Shown here: positions 21,924 to 32,106 of the stretch, piece by piece | How the letters are laid out: each line of letters starts with the position of its first letter | How positions within the stretch are numbered: position 1 is the stretch's first letter | Source of the DNA: an uncultured Leptospirales bacterium | GTDB lineage: Bacteria; Spirochaetota; UBA4802; UBA5550 | DNA: 64,000 nucleotides | Direction of reading: 5' to 3' | NCBI GenBank assembly: GCA_964534225.1 | Contig: CAZHNW010000002.1 | Location: 20,581 to 84,580, forward strand | Position numbers and translations under genes: made by a program | The notes under the pieces: model-generated | What the model was told of the DNA's origin: nothing | Seen by the model: the letters and a program-made list of their open reading frames with translations, nothing else | Database searches by the model: none

Positions 21924-22304
21924 TCAGTGGAGACGTATCTCCACGGAGTTGCGCCCCACTTCCTTCTTCCCCGCGGAGGCAACGACAAGAAAGGTACCCT
22001 CACTGTAGAGGGGGACCAGCATAGAGGCTGACTGGTCTTCAGGCTTTACCTCCCGGTACCGGGTGGCGCGTAGTTTTTTCTTCCCCCCCACTGCCTTTTC
22101 GAAAATATCAAGCTTTAACCGGTTAACGGTAAAGGGGCCTTCGGCCCTGACCAGTACCATGACATCTCCCGTGGTAAAGACCCTGCCGCATTTGACCCCC
22201 TTCCCTTCGGGGGTTTTACCCTCACAGAAGCTGACTGTTTCATTTTTTTTGCAGGAAGTTAAAAGCAGCATTAATGCGGCTATCATGAGAAGTGTCTTTC
22301 GCAT
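21924..22304 (-). CDS. hypothetical lipoprotein
   Basis: MRKTLLMIAALMLLLTSCKK, lipobox LTSC. No recognisable domain. Confidence 0.45.
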   Translation of the reverse strand: MRKTLLMIAALMLLLTSCKKNETVSFCEGKTPEGKGVKCGRVFTTGDVMVLVRAEGPFTVNRLKLDIFEKAVGGKKKLRATRYREVKPEDQSASMLVPLYSEGTFLVVASAGKKEVGRNSVEIRLH

Positions 22305-22325
22305 ACGATTCTCCTGTGGGGATAT

Positions 22326-23687
22326 TTAATTTTTACAGAGGGCGTCATAGAGCGCCGCCAGGGTCTCATCGGCGTGATAGTTCAGGACCCCGAAGTGGAA
22401 GCTGATCTGTGCCGGCCCCTGGTCAATAATTTCGATGTTGATATTTTTATCCTTCAGGGCTGTCGCTGCCGCGGCAATGACCCCTGGCTGGTCTCTCATA
22501 CCGATTCCCACGGGGGAGAGAACGGTAATGTTGTAGTTAAAGGAAATGCTGTCAGGGTTCAGCTGTTCCTGTATGACATCCTTCAGGTCATCTTCATAGC
22601 CAATCAGGTCGTCCTGGTTAAAGATGACGGAGACATCGTCCTTGTCCGTGGGATAGTGATAGGTTTCGATACCGAAATCCTTCATGATTTTAAGCAGGTC
22701 GTTGACAAAGCCGATGGTTTCACCGGCGCCGTCTTTTTCAAGATAGCAGTAGGCGATATTATCGAGGCGGGCGATGCCGACGACGGTTTCCTCGGGGATA
22801 CGTTCGGATACGATCATGGTTCCCGGTGCCGATGGATTGTTGGTATTGCGGATGTTTATCGGGATATGGCGTTTTTTGCAGTTCACCATGGCATCGAAGT
22901 GAAAGACATTGAATCCCTTTGATGACAGGAGCCTGATTTCTTTATAGGTAAGGCGCGGGATAACATGGGCCCCGGGAATGATACGTGGGTCCACCTGGTA
23001 GATGCCGTCGGTGTCGGTCCAGTTCTCATAGAGTGAGGCGTTGACCGCGTAGGCAACCTCTCCGCCCGTCAGGTCTGATCCGCCCCGGGAAAAGACGGCA
23101 ACATCACCTTTTTCCGTGATGCCGTAGTAGCCGGGAATGACCGCGACAAAATCATTGTCGCCAAGATGGGCAAGGTTTTTGTAGGTGACCGGAATGACCC
23201 TGGCGCTGCCGAAATCTTCGGATACGACGATGCCGATATCTTCAGGGAGGAGGAGCTTCGCGTTTATGCCTTCTTTTTTGAAGTAACGGGTGATGATTTT
23301 AGCATTATAATGTTCCCCCCGTGATGCAAAGAAGTCGATCTTTCTGTTGTCGGGAAGTGATTTTTTCAGGTCACTTCCCAGGTCAGAGAGAATGTCTTCC
23401 CCTTCGATACCAAGGTCTTTGATGAGGCGTGTGAACTTGTTTATAACGCTGCGGCTGCTTTCATCGGGGGTAATATTCTTGTTACGGATCCTGAAATGGT
23501 TTCCCCCCGTGGCGATATTGAAGAGATGATCCGTAACCTTTTCGCTGTCGATATCATCTTTGCCTGGAGCGGAGACAATGACATATTTTCTATCGGTGTT
23601 GGCTTTGATAATGTCTGTGACCTTTTCGATCTGTCCCGCGTTGGCCACTGAACTTCCCCCGAATTTACAGACAATGTGTCCTTCCAT
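22326..23687 (-). CDS. lysC: aspartate kinase
   Basis: 453 aa. N-terminal KFGGSSV amino-acid-kinase motif, two C-terminal ACT-like regulatory domains. Confidence 0.9.
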   Translation of the reverse strand: MEGHIVCKFGGSSVANAGQIEKVTDIIKANTDRKYVIVSAPGKDDIDSEKVTDHLFNIATGGNHFRIRNKNITPDESSRSVINKFTRLIKDLGIEGEDILSDLGSDLKKSLPDNRKIDFFASRGEHYNAKIITRYFKKEGINAKLLLPEDIGIVVSEDFGSARVIPVTYKNLAHLGDNDFVAVIPGYYGITEKGDVAVFSRGGSDLTGGEVAYAVNASLYENWTDTDGIYQVDPRIIPGAHVIPRLTYKEIRLLSSKGFNVFHFDAMVNCKKRHIPINIRNTNNPSAPGTMIVSERIPEETVVGIARLDNIAYCYLEKDGAGETIGFVNDLLKIMKDFGIETYHYPTDKDDVSVIFNQDDLIGYEDDLKDVIQEQLNPDSISFNYNITVLSPVGIGMRDQPGVIAAAATALKDKNINIEIIDQGPAQISFHFGVLNYHADETLAALYDALCKN

Positions 23688-23940
23688 TGTAGTTTAAACT
23701 CCCTTTGATGATTATGGTCTGCCCGGCATCTGTTGTGGCACCGGTTTTATACCGTAATGAGTATACCTGACATAAAAGAAGGGAGTGAACATATTGCAAG
23801 AATTTTTTATTATCCCTTCTTACCCTGAAAGCTGTACTTCAGTTTAAAAGACAGGAAATGAAGAAGAGGAAAAATGGCGTTTAATGAAGAAAAAATTGAA
23901 ATATAGGAAAGTCAATTAACATAAACCAGTTTATGATCCA

Positions 23941-24029
23941 TAAAAGTTCTTATCAGTAGCTGGTACATGTCTCAGAATTGTTAATATACTGACAAAATGT
24001 GCGGGATTGGCAAGACTTTTTTAAATTTT
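23941..24029 (+). repeat. 89-nt direct repeat, copy 1 (80% identical to 26011-26099, no gaps)
   Basis: taaaagttcttatcagtagctggtacatgtctcagaattgttaatatactgacaaaatgtgcgggattggcaagacttttttaaatttt. Contains a TGGTAC...TAATAT promoter-like pair and a terminal T-run. Confidence 0.55.
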
Positions 24030-24221
24030 GATGCCGGAGTAATTATTGACCCCGACTCTATCGAGTGTGGTAATCTCGGGACAGGTACCATTGATGAATT
24101 CAAAGTTACCATAGCATTTAAGCAGTTTCAGCTGGTGGATTATATAAACAGTACACCGGGTCTTCTTGACGGTGACACTGAAGCATCCTGCCTGGCGTCT
24201 TCCATATTTTGTTGCTGCTGA
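23997..24221 (+). CDS. doubtful small ORF (74 aa) starting inside repeat copy 1, ends in SSIFCCC
   Basis: ATG lies inside the repeat. The corresponding position in copy 2 has no ATG, no SD and no recognisable family. Probably non-coding. Confidence 0.15.
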   Translation: MCGIGKTFLNFDAGVIIDPDSIECGNLGTGTIDEFKVTIAFKQFQLVDYINSTPGLLDGDTEASCLASSIFCCC

Positions 24222-24358
24222 ATGCAGATATTTTTAAGCAGGGAGATGGGAAGATTTTCATGTAAAGGTATTTGTGTTTAGCAGGGATATTATTGTTTTC
24301 AACTGGCCTTTATCCAGAGCAGAATCCTGAAATAAAAAAACAGTATCTCTTTTATTCT

Positions 24359-25945
24359 TTAAACTGCCTGATAAAACTCCACCCGGTTCCTTCCGTTATT
24401 TTTTGCACGGTAGAGTGCCTGGTCCGCTTCGGAAAGCAATCTGCTTAATATCTCCTCAACGGACTCTTCTGTTTCTATGCTGGAGAAATCAATATATGAT
24501 ATGCCAAAACTTGCCGTAATCTGCAACACCTTCTCTTCAAAATCAATCTGCATGCCGGCAATCCGTTCTTTCAGCCTGTCTGCAATTTTTTCTGTACCAT
24601 TGCCACAGACATCGGGAAGAATAATGGCAAACTCCTCGCCGCCGTATCTGCCTGCGTCATCATTCTCTCTCAGGTCTGCTTTAAATACCGTTGCTATTTC
24701 AATCAACACGGCATCCCCGGCCTGATGGCCGTATGTGTCATTGACTTTTTTAAAATAATCAAGATCAAGAATTATAATGGAAAGTTTGCGTTTATGACGC
24801 CTGGCCCTGATTATTTCACTCTTGCATATATCAATAAAGTGACGCCTGTTTGACAGGCCGGTGAGATCATCAGTGGTGGCCAGATTATAGAGAGACTGTT
24901 GCAGGAGCTTCTGGGTGGTTATGTCGTTCAGCGTTATAATCGATCCGATGCGTTGTCCACGGGAAGAAGCAATATCGGTTATTGAAGAATTGAAATAGAT
25001 ATTCTTCTTGTTTTGTGTTAACTTCATTTCAATCGTTTTCCTGTTCTCCGAGTTTAAATGTGCAATTAACGGCGTCTGGTCTTTCAGTACATCGGCAAAC
25101 ACCTTTCCCCTTGATCCGGCAAGTTGGGGAAAAAGTTTCATTGACGAGGCGTTGAAATCAGCAATTCGTCGTTCCCGATCGACAACAATGACAGGGTCCA
25201 GCATATTTTCAAAAACACGACCGCGTGCTATGGGAATAATATCAAACATCTTAAACCTGAACAAGGCCAGGGCAAAAAACGGTCCTGTCAGTGCCAGGAA
25301 GAATGGATTGATGTCAACGCCCCCTGGCCCCAGTTCTGCCAGGTAGGCAATACTGCCCACCCAGGGAATCAGGGAAGCGACAAACATGGTAATTGCCTGT
25401 AAGCGCAGGGGACCTTTTGATTTAAACATCATCAGGAAAAAGAGAATGTTTCCTCCGATGATCAGAATGTCCCTATAGATAAAATCGATATAATACCATT
25501 TGCCCTTTGTAATGCCCGCCATGGGGAATGGACCCGAAGTGTCAAGAGTCAATGACGCATAATGAAGGTGATGGTGTTCATTGGTATAGAGCATGACAAT
25601 GGTCGTCAGGGGTACTACAAATAAAAGAGCGACAACCCTGGAGTTGATCTTTTCGGTATAGCCGCTGTATTGCAGGGCCATGATAATCCAGAAAACCGAC
25701 ATAGGGGCAATGCCGAGATATTCTATCTTCAGGGCAAGGTAGATTCCCTCAATAGTGGTATTGTACAACTCAAAGGCATAGCCAAAGGTGTATATAGACA
25801 GGGTGATCATTAATAGCATGTAAGCAATTGCACCCCTGGTATCTTTTCTTCGGGAGGCATAAAAGGAGAGGAATAAAGTTATCCCACCGGAAACCAGAAG
25901 GAATATGAGCAGTAACGTTTTGATAGACATATAATTCCTGAACAC
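24359..25945 (-). CDS. membrane-bound diguanylate cyclase: N-terminal polytopic (about 7 TM) sensor domain, PAS-like linker, GGDEF domain
   Basis: 528 aa. Multiple N-terminal TM helices, GGDEF active site RYGGEEFAIIL, with the upstream RxxD-type region. Confidence 0.85.
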   Translation of the reverse strand: MFRNYMSIKTLLLIFLLVSGGITLFLSFYASRRKDTRGAIAYMLLMITLSIYTFGYAFELYNTTIEGIYLALKIEYLGIAPMSVFWIIMALQYSGYTEKINSRVVALLFVVPLTTIVMLYTNEHHHLHYASLTLDTSGPFPMAGITKGKWYYIDFIYRDILIIGGNILFFLMMFKSKGPLRLQAITMFVASLIPWVGSIAYLAELGPGGVDINPFFLALTGPFFALALFRFKMFDIIPIARGRVFENMLDPVIVVDRERRIADFNASSMKLFPQLAGSRGKVFADVLKDQTPLIAHLNSENRKTIEMKLTQNKKNIYFNSSITDIASSRGQRIGSIITLNDITTQKLLQQSLYNLATTDDLTGLSNRRHFIDICKSEIIRARRHKRKLSIIILDLDYFKKVNDTYGHQAGDAVLIEIATVFKADLRENDDAGRYGGEEFAIILPDVCGNGTEKIADRLKERIAGMQIDFEEKVLQITASFGISYIDFSSIETEESVEEILSRLLSEADQALYRAKNNGRNRVEFYQAV

Positions 25946-26010
25946 AAATACGGGGTGTTATCGAAATAACATCTGGAAAATTTTCTCAAAAAAAATTAGT
26001 TCACACCCGA

Positions 26011-26099
26011 TAAAAATTCTTATTTGCAGCTTGTACTTGTCTCTGTAATGTTAATATATTGACAAAAAAATCGGGATTAGCAAGGTTTTTTTAAATTCT
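26011..26099 (+). repeat. 89-nt direct repeat, copy 2
   Basis: taaaaattcttatttgcagcttgtacttgtctctgtaatgttaatatattgacaaaaaaatcgggattagcaaggtttttttaaattct. About 200 nt upstream of the AraC-family gene. Confidence 0.55.
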
Positions 26100-26304
26100 C
26101 GAACGAAAAATCAGCCAAAAATTTTTGCGCGAACAAACCTCTTTGCATGTTCCATGCCCCGAAGGGGCTTTTCTTGAAATCAAACCTATGAGGGGAAAGA
26201 AATAACAGGGGAGTTATAAAAATGACTTGCCAGTGTTTTATGATTTGAAGTTACTGAAAAAAGTAAAACGCAGATGAAATTTTTGATAATATAGACACTG
26301 TTAT

Positions 26305-27393
26305 ATGAATCTATCCATCGATATTTATTTTTCAATTTTTGTTATTTCAGGGTGTTTCTTCTCCTTTTTCGTCTCCCTGGCGATATTTATCAAGCCCCGG
26401 GATGACAGGAGAAAGTTTCTCGAAGGGGCGGTTTTTCTGCTGGCCTCTCTCTGGATGTTCTGCGCCTATCACCGCCTGTTTCTCGGGAAACGGGAAGACA
26501 ACCTCTTTATCGTGGGTACCATTCTCTTTGCCTTTTTTGTGCCGGTACTCTATCTCTATATCCGTATGCTGCAGGATACCCGGTTTTCGCTAATCAAGAA
26601 GCATTTTATTCTCTTTGTTATACCTCTCCTGCTGCTGCCGGTTTTTATGGTGACGTTCCGGTTTCCCCCCGGTTTTTATGAATTATTTAATGTCAGGCCC
26701 CTGGAGGCAAGTCTGCGATATTCCATTCTTATGGGGGCAACCTTTGCCGAAAACCTTTACCTCTTTGTTATGCTCTTTGTTCTGAATATGCAGTTTGTCA
26801 AAATATTCCGTACCGGCAGGGACAACCGGTACCATTACCTGCGCTATTTTTTTGTGCTTACCTTTTTCCTTAACCTGATCATCGGTTTCTATTTTGTGAA
26901 TTATTTTCTCGAACTGAAAATGATTAAATATTCTTATATAACGGGAACAATACTGGTATATTATTTTTTTGTAATATATTTTATTTTTTTCGCCGAGATA
27001 TCCACACGCTACGAAGAGGAAAAAAAACAGCCCGATGGAGACTGTTTGAAGGGGCTTGATCCGGCTCTCCTTTTGTCCCGCCTTGAAAGCCTGATGCATG
27101 AGGAGAAACTCTACCGCTCTGAAGACCTGACACAGAGGGCCCTGGCAGAGAAGTTGCGTATTTCTCCCCAGCAGCTTTCGGCCCTTTTTGGTGTTTACAT
27201 TAAAAATAATTATTATTCATACCTTAGTGCATGGCGTATCGATGAGGCAAAAGAACTGCTTCTCGACGCCCCGGAGATGAAGATCCTTGAAATTGCCCTG
27301 CACGTGGGGTTCAACTCACAATCATCCTTTTACAGCGCCTTTAAAGGGGTGACCGGTATTTCTCCCCGGGAGTATAGAAAAAGTAAGGTATAA
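26305..27393 (+). CDS. AraC/XylS-family transcriptional regulator with N-terminal multi-TM membrane domain
   Basis: 362 aa. About 7 hydrophobic helices in the first 230 aa. C-terminal double HTH (LSALFGVYIKNNYYSYLSAWRIDEAKELL...SSFYSAFKGVTGISPREYRK). Confidence 0.8.
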   Translation: MNLSIDIYFSIFVISGCFFSFFVSLAIFIKPRDDRRKFLEGAVFLLASLWMFCAYHRLFLGKREDNLFIVGTILFAFFVPVLYLYIRMLQDTRFSLIKKHFILFVIPLLLLPVFMVTFRFPPGFYELFNVRPLEASLRYSILMGATFAENLYLFVMLFVLNMQFVKIFRTGRDNRYHYLRYFFVLTFFLNLIIGFYFVNYFLELKMIKYSYITGTILVYYFFVIYFIFFAEISTRYEEEKKQPDGDCLKGLDPALLLSRLESLMHEEKLYRSEDLTQRALAEKLRISPQQLSALFGVYIKNNYYSYLSAWRIDEAKELLLDAPEMKILEIALHVGFNSQSSFYSAFKGVTGISPREYRKSKV

Positions 27394-27403
27394 AATAAAA
27401 AAA

Positions 27404-27434
27404 GACGCATCTGGTTCCAGATGGAAGTTTTTTT
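27404..27434 (+). terminator. rho-independent terminator after the AraC-family gene
   Basis: Hairpin GCATCTGG-ttcc-AGATGG followed by TTTTTTT. Confidence 0.5.
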
Positions 27435-27528
27435 GTCCTTAATTAAGTATCTATTAATCATAACTATGCTTTTTCAGATTATAAATTTTTGAACCTGTTC
27501 CGGTCTGAGTGGAAAAGCAGCGAGGAAC

Positions 27529-30021
27529 GTGATGATGAAGTTAAAAGCAGCCATCCTGAATATGTGTATTATTTCCCTCTTTGCCGCCTGCGGCGGCATA
27601 AGTCCCCTTGAAATGGCCGGTAATTTTATTGCCAACAGGCCCCCGGAGATCACGGATTTCAGGACTACAACTGATATTAGCCGGGGCCTTATCCCCAATA
27701 TGACCATGCATCTTGAGGTTGAGGCGGATGACGCTGATGGCCATGAACTGAACTATGAGTTTACCGCCGATAACAGTATCGGTTCCTTTGCCTTTAAAGA
27801 AGTAACAGACACGGGGTGTTCCATAGATTATTACCTGCCTGATGCCATTCCCCTGGACCTTTCATTCAGTGTCACCGTTACCGTCACCGACCCGAAGGGG
27901 GCTGAGTCGGTACAGAAGCTGGATCTCGGCACGGGGAAGACGGGGCCGGTACTTTCTACACGGACCCTCAGTGAGACCGGTTTTTTTGTTGTACGTGAAG
28001 GGCGCACCTATGTAAAACCGGATTACCAGGCGGAGATAGAATTTACCAGTGACAGCGACGGCTTTTACCAGGTGCGTATTTACAGTGACTTTGAGGCGGA
28101 ACCATCCTTTGATGAAAGCAAACCGGTTCATCTCTACCGTGTTGCCAGCGGCCCTAAAACCATTACCATAGCCGCCAGCGGTACCTCCGCTGACGCGATC
28201 ATTACCCCCAACACGCCCCAGAAGCTCTGCATCTTTATGCAGGACACCCTGGGACAGACCAGCCTCAAGGTCTATTATTACTATGCAGACACGGCACCCC
28301 CGGCGCCCCTCATGGACTATAAACATGGCATTGCCATTACGAAAGGTCAGACCCTGGTGATACCCTTTGATGAAGAACTTCAAATCTCAGGGGCAGCGGC
28401 CTTTGATTCCACTGATCCTGTCAATACTATTCTTGATGACGGCATAAACGCCACGGCAACGGTAAGCGGCTCAACAGTAACCATTACTCCTCAAACGGGC
28501 AGCACCTGGTCAATGGCCACTGAAAGATATTCGCAGCAATACGAACTCTATCAGACGGGCCTTGACAGGATTGCCCGCATCAACGTAAAGGATGATTTTG
28601 ACAACGAGGGATATGTGGATATCCGGTTTCATGTTTTTGAAGAGGTTCTGTATGTCAATGCCGGTAATACCGCTGCCAGCCCTGACGGTTCAGCGGACAA
28701 TCCCTACAGGTATATTCAGGATGCCGTGGATGTTGTCCGTACCAGTGGTAATATTGCGGGGATATGTGTCTCACAGGGAACCCATACACCTCAATACACC
28801 GGAACCAGTGTTGCCCTGATAAGTGGTTATGAACAGGTCAATCTCCTGGGGGGCTATGCGTATCAGGATAATGATACCACAAAGGTCAACCCCCTGCGAA
28901 GAGACCCGCAGAAGTACCCTTCGGTTATCAGTTATACCGCCCCTGATCCTGATGGCGCCGGTTCTAATCCCGGGGGGGCCATTGATGAGCCGGCAAGCGC
29001 CATCTTGATGGGGACGGATAGTAATTATAATTATCCGGTTCTCATTGACGGTTTCATCTTTGAGACCTCCGGGCATGCAAAGGGCTCCACCGTTGTCGCG
29101 GATATTTTCTGTGGCAACCATGCTGCCATGATCCAGGGCAATGTCTTTTATACTGCCGCCAATACTGCCTACAGCTTCAATATTGCTGTTGTCTATAACA
29201 ATGTGATTGAAGGGATCAGTAATACCAGTTACTGTCTCGCATATGAACAGCGCATCTACAATAATTATTTTTTTACCGGTGGGCAGAACAACCATGCCAG
29301 GGCGATACAGATCGAGTGCTGGAGTGAAGATGACATTACCCCTGTTCATGCTACTGATCTTCAGTATAAGGCGGATATCCGTCACAACACCTTTGCCCTG
29401 AGCAGCGGTTCCGGGGGAAAAACCAAGGGGGTTTATATCAGCACCTATCACTGTACCGATCCCAATGCTCCATCAAATCAAGTCTGTTATGAAAACACAA
29501 CAGCGGATTTTCAGATTGATGCAACGGTAATGAATAATCTTATTTTTGTTACCGCCTTTGACCCGGCAAACAGGCCCATGGCCCTTTTCAGTCATCATGC
29601 AGAAACCGCGCCGGGGAATTATTGCGTCTATAACGCCTTTCATAATAATTTTAATGACCTTTCGACAGTCTCTTCAGAATCAGAGATGTATTATTATGTA
29701 CTCAGTTCGCATGTCTCCACTCAAAATTTATATAATCAGGGTTTTGGCTATTATGATACATTGCCATTACCCTCATGGAGCGGTTTTGGCAGTGAAAATA
29801 TAGCCGTTGATCCTCTTTTTGTGTCAGCAGATGGTCTCTGGCTGCTTCAGCAGATAAGCCCGGTTTCAGTACGGATCGAGGGTATTGACGATTCACCCTC
29901 AACAGACGATGGTAATTACCAGGCCTTTGGCCAGATGATTCCCCTGGATTTTTTCGGCAATGCCCGCACCGGCAACGGTACTGACGGAGTATCCCTGGGG
30001 GCCCATGAGATGGACCAGTAG
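27529..30021 (+). CDS. large lipoprotein (830 aa), probable right-handed beta-helix/adhesin-like surface protein
   Basis: Lipoprotein signal MMMKLKAAILNMCIISLFAACGG. T/S/N/G-rich repetitive beta-strand segments (NNVIEGISNTSYC, NNYFFTGGQNNHARAIQIE). G7 tract 28972-28978 inside the CDS. Domain assignment is tentative. Confidence 0.45.
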   Translation: MMMKLKAAILNMCIISLFAACGGISPLEMAGNFIANRPPEITDFRTTTDISRGLIPNMTMHLEVEADDADGHELNYEFTADNSIGSFAFKEVTDTGCSIDYYLPDAIPLDLSFSVTVTVTDPKGAESVQKLDLGTGKTGPVLSTRTLSETGFFVVREGRTYVKPDYQAEIEFTSDSDGFYQVRIYSDFEAEPSFDESKPVHLYRVASGPKTITIAASGTSADAIITPNTPQKLCIFMQDTLGQTSLKVYYYYADTAPPAPLMDYKHGIAITKGQTLVIPFDEELQISGAAAFDSTDPVNTILDDGINATATVSGSTVTITPQTGSTWSMATERYSQQYELYQTGLDRIARINVKDDFDNEGYVDIRFHVFEEVLYVNAGNTAASPDGSADNPYRYIQDAVDVVRTSGNIAGICVSQGTHTPQYTGTSVALISGYEQVNLLGGYAYQDNDTTKVNPLRRDPQKYPSVISYTAPDPDGAGSNPGGAIDEPASAILMGTDSNYNYPVLIDGFIFETSGHAKGSTVVADIFCGNHAAMIQGNVFYTAANTAYSFNIAVVYNNVIEGISNTSYCLAYEQRIYNNYFFTGGQNNHARAIQIECWSEDDITPVHATDLQYKADIRHNTFALSSGSGGKTKGVYISTYHCTDPNAPSNQVCYENTTADFQIDATVMNNLIFVTAFDPANRPMALFSHHAETAPGNYCVYNAFHNNFNDLSTVSSESEMYYYVLSSHVSTQNLYNQGFGYYDTLPLPSWSGFGSENIAVDPLFVSADGLWLLQQISPVSVRIEGIDDSPSTDDGNYQAFGQMIPLDFFGNARTGNGTDGVSLGAHEMDQ

Positions 30022-30084
30022 GCAGGCCTTTAAAATTATAAAAAAAGAAAATAACTGTATTTATACAACGGGAGTAAAAGAACG

Positions 30085-31029
30085 ATGACCGGTAAAAATA
30101 ATGGCAAGATCGGCACAGGACTGGTGGCTTTCATCGCCCTGGCCTCTGTGGCGGGGGCACTTTTGATGACCAGAACGGGATTTGATAAAAAAAGCGCCTC
30201 TATCAACGCGCGGGTGACATTTCTTGTGGGTTCCGCTCAGGTGACACGGCAGAAAAAGGAGACAGTCCTGAGGGCGGGTGATGCCCTGCAGCAGGGCGAT
30301 GTAATACGCACGGGTAAAAAGTCGCGGCTGGTTGTACAGGTTGACCGCGTGGGGGTGCTGACACTTTTTGCCGACGCGGTTTTTTATCTTAAAGAGGTTC
30401 AGGGGGGGAAGTTAAAGGCCACCAGGGTGGGCCTTGACAGGGGGCGCCTTTTTTCAAAAATTTTGAAACAGAAAAAGGGCCCCTACACGGTGCAGACACC
30501 CACGTCTACCGCGGCGGTGCGGGGTACATCTTTTCTCACCACTACTGACACCAGGGGATCATCACACCGTCTCCTGGAGGGGAAGGTACTTGTGACTTCC
30601 CTCACGAAAAAGAAAATGACCGGGGAGGAAAAAATTCTCGAACCGGGATCGGCCGCCCTGGTTACGAAAAATAGAAAGGTTGCCATCAGGAAAATGGACA
30701 GGCTGGAGAAACTTGAAACAGAAAAGCTGGGCCTTTATCCCTACCGGGAACATATCGATGATAAAAAAGAAGCAGAAAGGACTGAAAATAACGTAGAGAG
30801 CGAAGAAAACAGGCTGCAGAAAATGATCAACCAGGAGCTGGATAAACTTCCCCCCCTTGAAAAACTGCGCCGCCAGGGCAGGCCCCTTACCATGCTCTCC
30901 CTGAAAGATGGTTCACGTATTACCGGGCATGTGGTAAGTTCTGATGCCGGGTTTGTCCGCTTTGATACGGGGCGGAGGGTCATTTCCATTGAGGTGGGTG
31001 ATATCAGGCGCCGGGTTCCGGTGAAATAG
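30085..31029 (+). CDS. FecR-domain protein with N-terminal membrane anchor and C-terminal coiled-coil
   Basis: TM/signal anchor, then FecR-like beta-sandwich region (GDVIRTGKKSRLVVQV...TPTSTAAVRGTSF). Charged coiled-coil tail. G7 tract 30402-30408 in the CDS. Confidence 0.65.
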   Translation: MTGKNNGKIGTGLVAFIALASVAGALLMTRTGFDKKSASINARVTFLVGSAQVTRQKKETVLRAGDALQQGDVIRTGKKSRLVVQVDRVGVLTLFADAVFYLKEVQGGKLKATRVGLDRGRLFSKILKQKKGPYTVQTPTSTAAVRGTSFLTTTDTRGSSHRLLEGKVLVTSLTKKKMTGEEKILEPGSAALVTKNRKVAIRKMDRLEKLETEKLGLYPYREHIDDKKEAERTENNVESEENRLQKMINQELDKLPPLEKLRRQGRPLTMLSLKDGSRITGHVVSSDAGFVRFDTGRRVISIEVGDIRRRVPVK

Positions 31030-31043
31030 AAGGGATTGATAAA

Positions 31044-31886
31044 ATGAAAAAAAGAATGACGGGCATTGTTATCGCGGGGCTGCTTTTCTGCGCCGCGGCA
31101 CTCTCGGCGGAGATGGTCTACCTTAAAGACGGGCAGGTGATATCGGGGAAGATCACAGCAGAGAACCGGGTTTTTATTACAGTCAAGAATAAGTATCAGA
31201 CCTTTCAGTTGAAACGTTCGGATATAAAGCGCATCATGTACGGTGACCGTAAAATGGAGACCATCTATATCGAAAAGACAGATGGTAAACTTTTGAAGGG
31301 ATTCATGGTCGACCAGGATGCACTGAAGGTTTATTACAAAAAATCGCGGGACGCCCGGGAGACGATTATCCTGAAGAAAAACATAACGCGCATGTCGTCG
31401 CATCCCTTTGTGCCCCTGGACGTGGGGCTCATGCTGCGCAGTGGTATCTTCTACCCCGTTAATTCGGGCAACTCCTCCCTGGGGGTGGCGCCGGTGGTCC
31501 TTGCCTCGGCGGGGCTTAATCTTCCTTTTAAGAATTTTCGCCTTTTCATGGAGTCGGGGTATTATCAGAGTACAAGCTCTGTTCACACCGACCAGTTCAT
31601 GTTTTTTATTCCCGTGACGGTAAATCTTACCTACGATTTTGCCTTTGGCCATTTTCACCTGCTGCCAAAGGCGGGGACAGGTATCGCCATTGTCAGGTTT
31701 GATGATGGTGAAGGGAGTGATGCTTCAGGAACGACCTTTAACCTGATTATCGGCGCGGGAGGAATGTGGGAAATTTTCAAACGCCGCCTTTACGCGGGCC
31801 TCTGGTTCGACTACTGCCTCATTGCTGATTCAAGCGCCGCCTGGCATGGTATTATGGCAACGGCCAGTATCAGCTACCGGTTTTGA
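31044..31886 (+). CDS. hypothetical exported protein with C-terminal beta-barrel-like region (outer-membrane protein candidate)
   Basis: Signal peptide MKKRMTGIVIAGLLFCAAALSA. C-terminal alternating strands ending ...ASISYRF (terminal Phe). Confidence 0.45.
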   Translation: MKKRMTGIVIAGLLFCAAALSAEMVYLKDGQVISGKITAENRVFITVKNKYQTFQLKRSDIKRIMYGDRKMETIYIEKTDGKLLKGFMVDQDALKVYYKKSRDARETIILKKNITRMSSHPFVPLDVGLMLRSGIFYPVNSGNSSLGVAPVVLASAGLNLPFKNFRLFMESGYYQSTSSVHTDQFMFFIPVTVNLTYDFAFGHFHLLPKAGTGIAIVRFDDGEGSDASGTTFNLIIGAGGMWEIFKRRLYAGLWFDYCLIADSSAAWHGIMATASISYRF

Positions 31887-32106
31887 GCCCCCGTATTTTT
31901 TTCTAAAAATTTTTCTGGTTTTTCATTATGCCAAAATTTATGATGATAGTTTTGGAACCCGGGTTATTTGCTCCAGGATAAAATTCATCTTGAGATTTCT
32001 GTTCACTACAGGTATTATAAATCAATTATCTTCCGGGGCCCGGAGGACCAATGGCTGTTTTCCGGGTATGAGAAAAGAATAATTTTTTACAGTAAGAGGA
32101 ATTACC

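Noticed and set aside
23688-23940. Looked for a lysine riboswitch or leader-peptide attenuator upstream of aspartokinase
   Set aside because: Only a 26-aa uORF without Lys/Thr/Ile enrichment and no recognisable L-box core. Cannot be supported.
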